50,821 nt of DNA from an uncultured Verrucomicrobiales bacterium (GCA_913048135.1 CAJWVY010000003.1:1-50821); one strand, 5' to 3'. Counted from the stretch's first letter, positions 8,690-19,073 are shown. Numbers and translations are program-made. Notes: generated from the letters alone by a model not told the origin.

Positions 8690-9931
8690 ATGAAAATTGT
8701 ACTCGCATATTCCGGTGGGCTGGATACTTCGGTGTTGCTCACGTGGTTAAAGGAAAAATACAACGCCGAAATGATCGCCTTCTGTGCGGACGTGGGTCAG
8801 GAGGAGGAATTGCGAGGGCTGGATAAAAAAGCCAAACGCACCGGAGCCTCCAAAATGTTTATTGATGATCTTCAGGAGGAGTTTGCCGCAGATTTTATTT
8901 ATCCCATGATGCAGGCCGGGGCGATCTACGAAGATCAATATTATCTCGGTACGAGCATTGCGCGACCCTTGATTGCCAAGCGCATGGTGGAGATTGCCCG
9001 CAAAGAAAAAGCCCATGCCATTGCCCACGGGGCGACAGGCAAGGGAAATGATCAGGTACGTTTTGAGCTGACGGCTGCATCACTGGCACCTGAAATTGAT
9101 ATTATTGCCCCGTGGCGGATGGCGGAATTTCGCGAGCAATTCCCCGGGCGTAAAGAGATGATTGATTACTGTCGGAAACACAAGGTGGACGTCGAGGCGA
9201 GCGCCAGTAAGCCGTATTCAATGGATCGCAATCTTCTGCACATTTCATATGAGGCGGGGATTCTGGAGGACACGTGGTTTGATGCCTTTGCGCCAAAGAA
9301 CAAGGAGATGTTCAAGTTGTCGGTGGCGCCCGAGGATGCGCCGGATAAGCCGGAGTATGTGAATCTCGAGTTTGATAAGGGAAACTGTATCGCTGTGAAC
9401 GGCAAGGCTCTGAATCCACTTGGGGTGATGCGGAAGCTCAATAAGCTGGGCGGCAAGCACGGCATTGGCCGTGTGGACATCGTGGAAAACCGGTTTGTGG
9501 GCATGAAGAGTCGCGGAGTATACGAAACACCGGGTGGTACCATTTTGCATTTTGCGCATCGGCAGATGGAATCCATCACCATGGATCGCGAGGTGATGCA
9601 CATTCGGGATTCGTTGATCCCGAAATATTCCGAGCTGGTATACAACGGCTTTTGGTATGCACCGGAACGCGAAGCATTGCAGGCGTTGGTGAGTGAAACC
9701 CAAAAGACAGTTTCCGGCACGGTTCGTTTAAAGCTCTACAAGGGTGGCCTTTACACCGCGGGCCGTAAGTCGAAGCTTAGCCTGTACAATCCGGATATCG
9801 CAACGATGGAGGCGGATCCAACCGAAGCGTATAATCAGGATGACGCCACCGGTTTCATTAACCTAAATGCGTTGCGCCTGAAGGTGCGTTCCAAAGTTCA
9901 GGGTGTGAAGACTCGAGTGAAAAAGCGTTAA
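8690..9931 (+). CDS. argG: Argininosuccinate synthase
   Basis: [50 protein letters not shown]. Confidence 0.97.
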   Translation: MKIVLAYSGGLDTSVLLTWLKEKYNAEMIAFCADVGQEEELRGLDKKAKRTGASKMFIDDLQEEFAADFIYPMMQAGAIYEDQYYLGTSIARPLIAKRMVEIARKEKAHAIAHGATGKGNDQVRFELTAASLAPEIDIIAPWRMAEFREQFPGRKEMIDYCRKHKVDVEASASKPYSMDRNLLHISYEAGILEDTWFDAFAPKNKEMFKLSVAPEDAPDKPEYVNLEFDKGNCIAVNGKALNPLGVMRKLNKLGGKHGIGRVDIVENRFVGMKSRGVYETPGGTILHFAHRQMESITMDREVMHIRDSLIPKYSELVYNGFWYAPEREALQALVSETQKTVSGTVRLKLYKGGLYTAGRKSKLSLYNPDIATMEADPTEAYNQDDATGFINLNALRLKVRSKVQGVKTRVKKR

Positions 9932-10353
9932 CGCTCGGCGGGCAGTTTTACCTGCGCGTGAATATTGGTGATGCCCGCCGTACTGGCGGCATCTCGGACG
10001 CCCACGACTTCACCAAACGGAGCCTTTTCGTCGGCTTGAATATTCAGATTCACATGCGGGTTTCTTTGGGCGCGTTCCTGCAGAAGAGTGCTTAATTCCG
10101 TAAGTGTCACAGTGCGATTGTTCAAGCGCAGATGTGGGGCTTCCTGTCGGATTTGAATTGTTAGTGGCTCATCGGTTTCCGTGATGGCACTGCCTGCATG
10201 CTGGGAGGCGGGCAGGTTCAAATCCAGCGCCGGCACGCGTTCCTTAAAAGTTGTACTCACCACGAGGAAGATCAGCACCACCATCAGGACATCGATCAGA
10301 GACACGATAATCACGGATGGCGCAGACCGTTTTTTGTTGGCACGAAATTGCAT
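9928..10353 (-). CDS. exbD: Biopolymer transport protein ExbD/TolR; start moved to ATG 10353
   Basis: [18 protein letters not shown] helix with conserved Asp; [13 protein letters not shown]. Confidence 0.88.
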   Translation of the reverse strand: MQFRANKKRSAPSVIIVSLIDVLMVVLIFLVVSTTFKERVPALDLNLPASQHAGSAITETDEPLTIQIRQEAPHLRLNNRTVTLTELSTLLQERAQRNPHVNLNIQADEKAPFGEVVGVRDAASTAGITNIHAQVKLPAER

Positions 10354-10366
10354 GGGGTGGGCTGAA

Positions 10367-11068
10367 CTAAGTGTTGCGGCGGTATTGGCTGCGCAGAAAC
10401 TCGTCGCAAAGATTTTCCATTTCAATGGAAAGCGTTTCGACCTTGCGATTGTAATAACTCCAGCCAACCAATGATGGGATGGCGACCACCAAGCCGAGCA
10501 GGGTGGCCTTGAGTGCTATAGAGATGCCTTCAGAGAAGAGGGCGGTTTGCTCGCCGGAAGCCTCCACACCCATTCCTTGGAAGAGCGTGATGAGCCCAAA
10601 TATGGTGCCCACCAAACCAAGTAACGGAGCTACGCCGGTTACGATTTCCAGCACGACGATGCCGCGTTCTAGCTTGGCCACTTCAGCTCGGGCACGCGTT
10701 TGAATCAGCTCGATATTTTCCTCTCGTGGTAAATGTAAGTGATCTATAGCACAACTCAACAGGCGCCCGTAGGGCGAGGGTAATTGATTGCTGGTCGTCC
10801 GAAGCGCCAACAATTCTTCTTGGGTTTGACAGACGCTCTGGGCCTCGACCAATCGACCGGGGATGACCGCTTCGCGTCTCAGCGCTATGCCGCGTTCAAC
10901 AATCAAAAACAGGCTGACTAATGAGGTCGCGATGAGTACGCCGATAATCGTGGTTTTCATCGCGGACTGCGGCGGCTCCTGTAGAGCGGGTTCGGAATCC
11001 GCGGCGTCAAGTGAGTGTGGGGACAGGCTGGTGAAGAGAATCAACAGGCAAACAGAAAACAACTTCAT
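10367..11068 (-). CDS. exbB: MotA/TolQ/ExbB proton channel protein
   Basis: VAPLLGLVGTIFGLI, GISIALKATLLGLVVAIPS. Confidence 0.9.
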   Translation of the reverse strand: MKLFSVCLLILFTSLSPHSLDAADSEPALQEPPQSAMKTTIIGVLIATSLVSLFLIVERGIALRREAVIPGRLVEAQSVCQTQEELLALRTTSNQLPSPYGRLLSCAIDHLHLPREENIELIQTRARAEVAKLERGIVVLEIVTGVAPLLGLVGTIFGLITLFQGMGVEASGEQTALFSEGISIALKATLLGLVVAIPSLVGWSYYNRKVETLSIEMENLCDEFLRSQYRRNT

Positions 11069-12147
11069 CGGACAAGATAATTGAATGTAATGCGGCAGCG
11101 CCGCGGGCCGGGGCCAAGCTGGGTGCGCATCTCATTGCTCCAAGGCTCGAAGGGAGCCGGTTGTTCGATGGCTTCCCGGCAGAAAAATTGCAGTATAGAG
11201 GCTGCGCGCGTGTCGTGGATTTGGACGTTATCAATCCGGCCGTCGGCATGGAGATTGAAATCCACCTTGACCGTGCTGGCGACCCAGGAGCGGTCTTTAA
11301 TCTGATTGCGCCAGGCGATGCTAATCGCGGCGAAGAAGCGGGCATCGTAATCGCCATAACCAGTCAGCCGAACATCCAACGCAGGCGCACCCGTGCGGGC
11401 GGTGCCGGCATTATCCGTTTTCATATTGCGACTGCCGAGGCCGGATTTAGCCTGCTGAAGCGTTGGTGCTTTTGGGCCGTCCTGAAATGTCGGAAGCAGG
11501 CCGGCCGTACCGCTGGGTTTGGTCGGTGCGGGTAATTGATTGTCGGGGTGGTTGGCAGTCGCCTTTTGGAGTCCTTGCTTTGGGAGATTTGTGGGCGGGC
11601 GTGGTGATGCCGGAGTAATCGGGGTGATTGGGATCGGCTTGGTGTGACTGCCGCTGCTTGGACTGGGGGCTGGAGCTGGCGGCCTTGGTTGGCTGGGTTT
11701 GCCGGCGCTTGGGCGTGAGGCTGGTTGCGGCTTGGTTTGCAGCGAGGTGGGGTTAGGGATATTGATGGTGCCCGGGGAGGTGGTTGTCTCGCCGTTTAGT
11801 TTGGGCTTGTTGTCGGGCGTGGTCGCTGGCTCCGGCTGGGCGGCTTGTGAGTTTTTGTTGGAATAAAACGGCGTTTCCTTTTTGGGCGTTTCCGGGGTGG
11901 CTGCTTCAGAGGGAACCGGAACAAAGATGTTTGGTTTTTGGGGTGGCTCCTCTGGGGCAAGAGTAGGTGGCGGTTGGCTGAGATCGAGGGTGACCAATTG
12001 GTATTCTTTCTTTGGGGCAGTAGGGAAAGAGACGGTTTTCAACCAACCACCCCAGAGCACCCCGGCGGCGACGGTGGCATGAATCACCAGTGTCGTGATC
12101 AACGCGGCCGTGATGGCGTGCGATTGATGTTCCTGGGGGGGATTCAT
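11065..12147 (-). CDS. TonB/TolA-like energy transducer
   Basis: N-terminal helix with His (TLVIHA), long Pro/Thr-rich linker, C-terminal VKVDFNLHADGRI...AIEQPAPF domain; overlaps exbB start. Confidence 0.75.
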   Translation of the reverse strand: MNPPQEHQSHAITAALITTLVIHATVAAGVLWGGWLKTVSFPTAPKKEYQLVTLDLSQPPPTLAPEEPPQKPNIFVPVPSEAATPETPKKETPFYSNKNSQAAQPEPATTPDNKPKLNGETTTSPGTINIPNPTSLQTKPQPASRPSAGKPSQPRPPAPAPSPSSGSHTKPIPITPITPASPRPPTNLPKQGLQKATANHPDNQLPAPTKPSGTAGLLPTFQDGPKAPTLQQAKSGLGSRNMKTDNAGTARTGAPALDVRLTGYGDYDARFFAAISIAWRNQIKDRSWVASTVKVDFNLHADGRIDNVQIHDTRAASILQFFCREAIEQPAPFEPWSNEMRTQLGPGPRRCRITFNYLVR

Positions 12148-12296
12148 GGGGTGAGATTCTGGTAGTCGTGGGCCGGCGGCAATGCTTACTTGTTAAGACT
12201 GCTCCCAACCTATGGGTGTTCCGGTTATATACTGAATAATGCCGCCGAGGTCGAGATTGGATTGAACGGGCGGCCGCTTTCAGGTAAGGGCTGCGT

Positions 12297-12692
12297 ATGG
12301 ACGATGCGGCGCATGGATTGCGGGTGAACTTGGATCAACTGGTTTATCAGGGTGGGGTGCTCACGCCGCCGGACACGCCGCATTGTTTTGCCTATTACAT
12401 CACTATTCTAAACGAAGGACAGGAAACAGTCACCGTGCGGGGGCGTAAATGGGTGGTTACTGAGAGTAATGGCGAGGTGATCGCGGTAGAGGGGGACGGC
12501 GTGGTTGGGGAGTTTCCAGCCCTCGAGCCGGGCGAACATTTCAGCTACAACAGCTATCACATGATCCGCTCATCACGTGCCATTGCGCAGGGGAGTTATT
12601 TGGGGATCACGGCCAATGGTGAGCCGGTGGTGGTCGGTATTCCGTCCTTTGAATTGGTGGTTCCGGGAACGGGCGAGGTGGGTTACTGCTAG
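12297..12692 (+). CDS. apaG: ApaG-domain protein
   Basis: FAYYITILNEG, RKWVVT, VEGDGVVGEFPALEPGEHFSYNS. Confidence 0.9.
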   Translation: MDDAAHGLRVNLDQLVYQGGVLTPPDTPHCFAYYITILNEGQETVTVRGRKWVVTESNGEVIAVEGDGVVGEFPALEPGEHFSYNSYHMIRSSRAIAQGSYLGITANGEPVVVGIPSFELVVPGTGEVGYC

Positions 12693-12698
12693 GTAACC

Positions 12699-12917
12699 CT
12701 AGCGCGCGCGATAGATAATGCGTGCCTTGGAGAGATCGTAGGGAGACATCTCCACCTTCACCGTGTCGCCTTCAGCAATGCGGATCCAGTTCTTCCGCAT
12801 CTTGCCCGAAATATGCGCCAGCACTTCATGTCCGTTGGGCAGCTTGACCTTAAACATGGTGCCGGGCATCACCTGCGAGATGGTGCCTTCTAATTGTATG
12901 GGCTCTTCCTTTGGCAT
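12699..12917 (-). CDS. infA: Translation initiation factor IF-1; start moved to ATG 12917
   Basis: [11 protein letters not shown]...[38 protein letters not shown]. Confidence 0.97.
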   Translation of the reverse strand: MPKEEPIQLEGTISQVMPGTMFKVKLPNGHEVLAHISGKMRKNWIRIAEGDTVKVEMSPYDLSKARIIYRAR

Positions 12918-12972
12918 CGGGAAAGGGCGCACCTTGCCCGCGCGGCAATGGGTTGGCAAGTGCAAAGGGCAC

Positions 12973-12993
12973 AAAAAAGCCCCGTTTTGGGGC
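12973..12993 (-). terminator. Rho-independent terminator after the TlpA gene
   Basis: Minus strand GCCCC-AAAAC-GGGGC followed by TTTTTT, ~30 nt after the stop. Confidence 0.7.
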
Positions 12994-13021
12994 ATGTGAA
13001 TTGATGAGAGTGATTGCTGGA

Positions 13022-13918
13022 TTATTCAGCCAGCAGTTTCTCCACCTTGGCATCGAGTCCGCTGCGGGCTTTCATGTCCACCAGGTTGCCATCCTTATCT
13101 ACCAACCACATGGCGGGGATGCCTTGGATGCCGTACATGACGGCGAACTCATTCTTCCAGCCCAATCCATCAAAGTGCTGCGGCCAAGGCATGTCGTTCT
13201 CCTTCACAAAATCTGTGAGTTTATCTTTCGATTGATCGAGTGAAACGCCAACAATTTCAAATCCTTTTTCGTGATATTTGGCGTAGGTCTTCTTCACGTT
13301 GGGTAATTCAGCGATGCAGGGACCACACCAAGTGGCCCAGAAGTCGATCAACACAACCTTGCCCTTGAGCTTGCCTAGATCGACCTGGCGTCCGTCCACA
13401 GCTTTGAAGGCCATTTTGACGGGCTTGCCCAAGGCATCCATTTTCTTGAGCTTGCCGGCAGCTGCACTGGCCATTTGGGCCGGGCCGTTTTCGATGACGC
13501 GTTTGAGGAAATCCTTGGCCTTTTCGGGCTCCGCGGAATCAGCCATGCGCATCAAGACGGCGTTGGCGCCGGAATCCTTGGGGTCTTTCTTGAGAATTCC
13601 GAGGATACCTTTCTCGGCCTTTTCGGCGAGCATTTTGGCGAGCTTCTTGTCTTCCACCAGTGTGCTGGCTTCGGACAGCATCATCAGCGGCCGGGCATCC
13701 GTTGGAAATTCCTTGGCCAATTCTTGGGCGCCTTCGGCGTATTCTTGGAAAGCCTTGGCTCGGTCTTCAGCGATGAGGCCGCGGACTTTACCGATGAGTT
13801 CTTTCGCTGCATCGTCGAATTCCCGTTTGGCCGGCTTGTCTTCGGCACGGAGGGAAGCAGTAAGGGTAAACGCAGCAATCAGCGAAAGATGCACAATGGA
13901 GTGAAGTGTGTTGTTCAT
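13022..13918 (-). CDS. Exported TlpA-family thiol:disulfide oxidoreductase with helical N-terminal domain
   Basis: Signal peptide; [12 protein letters not shown]; [12 protein letters not shown]. Confidence 0.9.
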   Translation of the reverse strand: MNNTLHSIVHLSLIAAFTLTASLRAEDKPAKREFDDAAKELIGKVRGLIAEDRAKAFQEYAEGAQELAKEFPTDARPLMMLSEASTLVEDKKLAKMLAEKAEKGILGILKKDPKDSGANAVLMRMADSAEPEKAKDFLKRVIENGPAQMASAAAGKLKKMDALGKPVKMAFKAVDGRQVDLGKLKGKVVLIDFWATWCGPCIAELPNVKKTYAKYHEKGFEIVGVSLDQSKDKLTDFVKENDMPWPQHFDGLGWKNEFAVMYGIQGIPAMWLVDKDGNLVDMKARSGLDAKVEKLLAE

Positions 13919-13986
13919 AAAAACCCCGGGGGTTACGTTTAGCCTAAGGTGATCTAGTGGGTTGGCGAGCTTTTTTAGTCAGTTAA

Positions 13987-15261
13987 TTAACCCAAATCCT
14001 TGAGGGTTCTGAGTTCGTCGCCTTTTAAGTGAAGGGTTTGCGTCGGGAAAGCAAACTCCAGGCCCATCTCGGTTAGTTTATCCATGATCTTGAGATTCAC
14101 ACGCTCGCGAGTCTCCAGATATTCCTTCCAGACTGTGCTAGTGCTGAAATAATACAGGAAGACATCCAAAGAGCTCGGGCCGAAGTCCGTGAACTGCACG
14201 AGTTTGTAATCCTGATCCACGCCTTCATCCTCAACGAGGATGGTTTCAATGGCCTTGAGCGCTTCGCGCATTTGGTCAGGCGTGGTGTCGTACGTGAGGC
14301 CGAGGGTCATTTTGATGCGCCGCTTCGGCATACGGGACCAGTTTTTGATGGTCTCACTGGCTAACTTGCCGTTGGGGACAGTCATTAGTGTCTTATCGAA
14401 CATCCGGATTTTGGTGGAACGAAATCCAATTTCCTCAACATCACCATCAATGGAGCCACCTACCGTAATCCAATCGCCCACCTTGTAGGGGCGGTCAGTC
14501 AGGATGTTGATCGTGCCCACAAGGTTGGCCACTGAGTCCTGCGAGCCCATGGAAAAGGCCAAACCGAGTACGCCGCCCAAAGCCACAAGGCCGGTGATGT
14601 TCACACCAATGGTCGCCAGAACGGTGAGTGTGCCGATAATAACAACCACAATCCGCAAGGCTCGACGGATAAGCGGGGTGAATTGGCCGCGTAATCCTTC
14701 ATCGGCCTTGGCCATTAATTCGTCCAAATAATGTGCGGCTACATCCACCAAGCGATATATCAGCCAAATGATCGTGAACCCAAGGAAGATGGTGTAGCTC
14801 TTGCCGATCAGCTCGGTCGGGAAACGTTCTAAATTGAAGATCAGGAGAAACGCCGCCAAATGAACGGCGCCGATCATGACAAACGTGTTGATCGGCTTGA
14901 TGATTGCCTCAAAAAGTTGATCGTCCCATTCCGCCTCGGTTTGTTTCACGAAATTCTCGATGCGCGTTTGGAGGAAACTGAGGGCGATACGCTTGATAAT
15001 TAGTCCCGCCAGAATCGCGAGAAAAGCAGCCACCAATTGCCAGGCCAATATGCCGATGCCGAGAATGTCCTGTCCGAGGTATTGCTGAAAGGTCTGAACT
15101 GCCGCCGAGTCTTCGAGTTTCTTGGCGAGCGCTTCGGTTTTCTGCTTTGCGGCGTTGTTGGTGTTTACCACAAACGGCGGTGGGTCCGCAGCCAATGCGG
15201 AGGTTGAAGTACCAAAACAATATAGGAGGACACTTAAGACAATGGCGGGCCAATGTTGCAT
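13987..15261 (-). CDS. mscS: MscS-family mechanosensitive channel; start likely ATG 15261
   Basis: DRPYKVGDWI, GDVEEIGFRSTKIR, VPNGKL, FGPSSLD, FAFPTQTL; promoter TTGACC-17-CAATTT-6 nt-ATG. Confidence 0.9.
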   Translation of the reverse strand: MQHWPAIVLSVLLYCFGTSTSALAADPPPFVVNTNNAAKQKTEALAKKLEDSAAVQTFQQYLGQDILGIGILAWQLVAAFLAILAGLIIKRIALSFLQTRIENFVKQTEAEWDDQLFEAIIKPINTFVMIGAVHLAAFLLIFNLERFPTELIGKSYTIFLGFTIIWLIYRLVDVAAHYLDELMAKADEGLRGQFTPLIRRALRIVVVIIGTLTVLATIGVNITGLVALGGVLGLAFSMGSQDSVANLVGTINILTDRPYKVGDWITVGGSIDGDVEEIGFRSTKIRMFDKTLMTVPNGKLASETIKNWSRMPKRRIKMTLGLTYDTTPDQMREALKAIETILVEDEGVDQDYKLVQFTDFGPSSLDVFLYYFSTSTVWKEYLETRERVNLKIMDKLTEMGLEFAFPTQTLHLKGDELRTLKDLG

Positions 15262-15298
15262 ACGGGAAAATTGAGTAGTCCACAAGGCGGGGTCAAGC

Positions 15299-16633
15299 CT
15301 ATCCGACAACGGTCGGTATCAAGATCCACTTAGCCAAGGCCAGCAGGAAGAAGAAACCGGCTACATCAGTAACCGTTGTGATTAGGATGCTTGAGGCTAA
15401 CGCAGGATCCAGCCTGAAGAATTTTAAGGCAAACGGAATCAGGACTCCAAATAGCGCAGCCGCCATGAGGTTAAGGATCATGGCCAGACCTACTACCAAG
15501 CCCAGTTTCCAGCCGAGGCGGCCATCAAACAGCCCGCCTACAAGATAGCCGACAACACCCACAATCAGGCCTATAATTAGTCCAATTAGGACACTCAGGA
15601 GAATCTCTTTGAATAGTGCTTTGCGACCGTCTCCGGGGGATAGTTCTCCGAGCGCCATGTCGCGAATGATAACGGTGACTGTTTGCATGCCGGCATTGCC
15701 GCCTTGACCGGCGATGATTGGCAGGAAAATGGCTAGCACAGCAAATGTTTCAATTGTGCTTTCAAAGACGCCTACTACCGCGCCAGCGAGACAGGCGGTG
15801 ATTAGGTTGATGCACAGCCATGGCAGTCGTTTCCCAAAGGATTGTTTCCAAGGCGTGAGCGCACGTTCTTCGCCGGAGAGGCCCACCATCTTTTGCATGT
15901 CCTCCGTCTGCTCTTCAATGGCAACGGACAATGCTTCGTCGCCTCGGATGACGCCAACCAGTCGGCCTTCTTCATCAAGCACAGGGAGGCCTAGGAAGTG
16001 GTATTTTTCAAAGCGCCGGACGACCTCCTCTTGGTCGTCAGTGACGCGCACGTACTTGACCTCACGGTTCATGACGTCCGCGGTCTTTACTTCGTCATCA
16101 GAGAAAATGAGGTCGCGGATGGAGACGATGCCGACAAGTTTTTCGTCCTTATCGGTGACATACAGATAATTGATATCTGATGGTGAATGTTCACGATGCT
16201 TGCGGCGAATGCGGCGGAGACCATCGCCCACGGTGTGGTGGGAGCGCAGCGTCACGAACCGGTCGTTCATGATGCCACCCGCGGTGTCCTCGGGGTATTT
16301 CAGGAGATCGCGCGCAGCCTGCGCTTCCTCCTTGCCCATCTTGCGGAGCAGGCGTGCGCGGTCGATCTCTGGGATTTCTCCCAGCACGTCCGCAGCCTCT
16401 TCCGCGTACATTTTGTTGAGGAGCGGAACGAGCTTGGACTGGGGGAACTCCTCCAGTAAATCCGCGATCCACTCGTCCTCCAGTTCGGCCAGGGTGGCTG
16501 ATGCGGTGTCGACGGGGAGCTCGGCTAGGAGGTGGCGGGCTTCCTCGGTAGGCATTCGCTGCAGGCGATCGGCCAGGTCAGCCGGGTGCATTGCCTTAAA
16601 CTCGTCCAGATAGATGGGGGTTGTGTCCGCCAT
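15299..16633 (-). CDS. mgtE: Magnesium transporter MgtE
   Basis: MHPAD, YPEDTAGGIM, CBS pair, RLPWL, GGNAGMQT, DPALAS...TDV; SD GGAGG upstream. Confidence 0.95.
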   Translation of the reverse strand: MADTTPIYLDEFKAMHPADLADRLQRMPTEEARHLLAELPVDTASATLAELEDEWIADLLEEFPQSKLVPLLNKMYAEEAADVLGEIPEIDRARLLRKMGKEEAQAARDLLKYPEDTAGGIMNDRFVTLRSHHTVGDGLRRIRRKHREHSPSDINYLYVTDKDEKLVGIVSIRDLIFSDDEVKTADVMNREVKYVRVTDDQEEVVRRFEKYHFLGLPVLDEEGRLVGVIRGDEALSVAIEEQTEDMQKMVGLSGEERALTPWKQSFGKRLPWLCINLITACLAGAVVGVFESTIETFAVLAIFLPIIAGQGGNAGMQTVTVIIRDMALGELSPGDGRKALFKEILLSVLIGLIIGLIVGVVGYLVGGLFDGRLGWKLGLVVGLAMILNLMAAALFGVLIPFALKFFRLDPALASSILITTVTDVAGFFFLLALAKWILIPTVVG

Positions 16634-16710
16634 GGTTGCCTCCGCAGTGCTTGGATTCTAGGACGAAACTGACGTTTTACAAGCCGCGAGTGTTCACCGA
16701 CAGGAACACT

Positions 16711-16917
16711 TTAACCGCCGGCGACAATTCGTACGATCTCCAGGCGATCTCCGGCTTGGAGTTGCTGTTCAGTAAAGGAAGACGGCGTAAGGGCTTCGCC
16801 ATTGAGTTCCACTACAACCGAACGAGGTGGCAGGTCGAGTTGTTGCAGGAATTCGTTCACCGTGCAGGGGAAGTTTACGTCTGTCTCTTTACCGTTGGCA
16901 ATAACGGCGGCCATCAT
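16711..16917 (-). CDS. thiS: Sulfur carrier protein ThiS; start moved to 16917/16914
   Basis: VVVELNGE...GDRLEIVRIVAGG with C-terminal GG. Confidence 0.92.
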   Translation of the reverse strand: MMAAVIANGKETDVNFPCTVNEFLQQLDLPPRSVVVELNGEALTPSSFTEQQLQAGDRLEIVRIVAGG

Positions 16918-17789
16918 GAAATTTCGAGCAAACTCACTTCCGGGCGGCAATTGAAACGCAGCCCGTGGAGGTTGCCGACCCCTTTGGTAATGTGAAGCCA
17001 ACGGTCACCTAAGCGGTGCAGGCCGCGAACATATTTCTTATCTTTCACCGGCGCCAAAGGATCACCCACACCAGGCAGGTAAGCCTGGCCGCCATGAGTA
17101 TGTCCGCTCAGCATCAGTTGCCACGGGTACGCGGCCAATTCAGTCTTGGTGTCCGGATTGTGCGACAGTAGGACGGTGGGGTATTGGTCATCAAGCTCGG
17201 CAAAGGCTTGTTGTGGGTGGCATTCCCGGTTCCAAAGATCGCCTACGCCTACGAGGTTGATTGTATGACCAGCTAGGTCGAGCAGCGTGTGTTCGTTATG
17301 TAGAAGGCGGATACCGGCCTTTTTCAGCATTCGCTGAACGGGCAAGCTATGCGCGGCACCAATTTTCATTGTACCGGCCGCCCAGGAACCTCCATCATGA
17401 TTGCCTAGGCAAGCAAAGGTGGGCGCGGCTTTGGGGAGTGCGCGAAGCACTTCACTGTATTCGTCGTATTGCCGATACTTCCAAGTGATAAAATCACCCG
17501 TGAGACAAATTAAATCCGGATTCAGTTCCAAGCCAACTTCCAAAGCGCGGCGCAGGTAACCGAGGCTCACGGCCTTGGAGGCGTGCAGGTCAGATAAGTG
17601 CAGCAAACGAAGCGGGCGCTCGGCCTTCATGATGGGGGCGCGGTGGCGATTGACCTCAAGCCAGCCGGATTCCCAAAGGCGCATATAGGCATAGGATCCC
17701 GCGCCGACAAAGCCGGAGCCGAGTGATCCCCAGAGAAAGCGTCGCCGGTTTGTACGGTTTTGCCAATAATTGCGGAGGCGCTTGATCAC
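16914..17789 (-). CDS. YaeI/YkuE-like metallophosphoesterase with Tat-like N-terminus
   Basis: NRRRFL; DLH, GDF, GNHD, LSHNPD, SGHTHGGQ, RFNCRPE. Confidence 0.88.
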   Translation of the reverse strand: MIKRLRNYWQNRTNRRRFLWGSLGSGFVGAGSYAYMRLWESGWLEVNRHRAPIMKAERPLRLLHLSDLHASKAVSLGYLRRALEVGLELNPDLICLTGDFITWKYRQYDEYSEVLRALPKAAPTFACLGNHDGGSWAAGTMKIGAAHSLPVQRMLKKAGIRLLHNEHTLLDLAGHTINLVGVGDLWNRECHPQQAFAELDDQYPTVLLSHNPDTKTELAAYPWQLMLSGHTHGGQAYLPGVGDPLAPVKDKKYVRGLHRLGDRWLHITKGVGNLHGLRFNCRPEVSLLEIS

Positions 17790-17811
17790 GGCCGAAGAAT
17801 AACCTCTGTCT

Positions 17812-19020
17812 TCAAGGGGTCAACGCCGCGTCCCAATCTTTCCAAACAGGTTCATAGCCGAGACTGATTATCTGTTGGGCGATTATTTCTGGAGAGCGCT
17901 CATCGGCGATATCAAACTGGCCTGTAGCGCCCGTGGCCCATTCACTGGATTGCTCGGTCAAAGCGATCATTTTGCCGCGTTCGGTCTTATGGAGCTTGTC
18001 GCTACCAGCCCCTGTGTAACCTCCTGGCTCGGTATGGCTTCCGGCACTCATCAGGGTAACGCCCAGCGGAATCAGGCCATTGCGCAGGGTGGCCGGTTCA
18101 CGAGTGGAGAGCACAATGCCAACATCAGGGAGAAACAGGCGCAGGGCGCAAATCAATTGCGTGAGGTCGCGGTCTGAAATCGGATCAATGGGATCAAAGC
18201 TTCCGGCGCAAGGTCGGAGACGGGGCAGGGATAGAGTCAGTTGGGCTTTCCAGCAATGTTTCAATAGCCACTCCGCATGCGCCGCAAGAGCGATTGCTTC
18301 GGTGCGCCAGTCGCTCAACCCAAAAAGAGCGCCAATGCCGAGGCGGCGGAAACCAGCGGCGTAGGCACGTTCGGGGGTCGCAAGGCGCCAGTCGAAATCC
18401 TTCTTTGGGCCGGCTGTGTGATGCACTCGATAAGCATTTCGATCGTAGGTCTCCTGATAGACCACCAAACCCTCTGCCCCTGCAGTTACGAGTGGCTGAT
18501 AAGCATCGGTTTCCAGTGGGCCTAGCTCCAATGAAAGGCTAGGCAAGGTTTCGTGGAGTATTCGGATGCATTGTTCCACGTAGCCGTTGGAAACGAATTT
18601 GGGATGTTCGCCAGCCACAAGAAGTACATTTCTAAAGCCTTGTTCTGCTAGCGCTTGGGCTTCGGCCATCACTTCTTCCGGCTCGAGCGTGACGCGCAAA
18701 ATTGGGTTGTCCCGCGAGAAGCCACAGTAGGCGCAGTTGTTGATGCATTCGTTAGAAAGATAAAGCGGAGCGAAGAGACGAATGGCCCGGCCGAAACGTT
18801 GTTGGGTTAGTGCCTTGGAATGGCCAGCCAACGTCTCCAACTGATCCGCGCCTGCCGGGGAAATCAATTGGGCAAAATCTTCAAGAGAAGGCTGTGCTGC
18901 GCCAAGGCTTTTTTGAAATTCCTCTTCGGTAGTTCGCAGCGAATGAGCCCGGAGTGCGCCCAGGGGGAGGGCGGCGAATGAATCAACAAACGATGACTCA
19001 ACTGGCTGATGATGCGGCAC
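17812..19020 (-). CDS. thiH: 2-iminoacetate synthase (radical SAM); start likely GTG 19020
   Basis: LFAPLYLSNECINNCAYCGF (CxxxCxxC), YQETY, SLPRLRP, LSTRE, SAGSHTEPGGY, QFDIADER, PVWKDWD. Confidence 0.93.
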   Translation of the reverse strand: MPHHQPVESSFVDSFAALPLGALRAHSLRTTEEEFQKSLGAAQPSLEDFAQLISPAGADQLETLAGHSKALTQQRFGRAIRLFAPLYLSNECINNCAYCGFSRDNPILRVTLEPEEVMAEAQALAEQGFRNVLLVAGEHPKFVSNGYVEQCIRILHETLPSLSLELGPLETDAYQPLVTAGAEGLVVYQETYDRNAYRVHHTAGPKKDFDWRLATPERAYAAGFRRLGIGALFGLSDWRTEAIALAAHAEWLLKHCWKAQLTLSLPRLRPCAGSFDPIDPISDRDLTQLICALRLFLPDVGIVLSTREPATLRNGLIPLGVTLMSAGSHTEPGGYTGAGSDKLHKTERGKMIALTEQSSEWATGATGQFDIADERSPEIIAQQIISLGYEPVWKDWDAALTP

Positions 19021-19073
19021 GCGGGCAGTTTGGCTGCATGCCGCGAGCAAGTCCAGTCGAGGTCTTGCACAGG

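Noticed and set aside
10338-10352. Second sigma-54-like motif TGGCACGAAATTGCA
   Set aside because: Spacer is one base short (N4) and it lies antisense inside exbD
11400-11980. Repetitive-looking DNA in tonB (also 36000-36200)
   Set aside because: Explained by Pro-rich protein linkers; no discrete tandem repeat or CRISPR unit
13919-13934. AACCCC/GGGGTT palindrome as a terminator
   Set aside because: Almost no loop and directly against the TlpA start codon; at most a small leader hairpin
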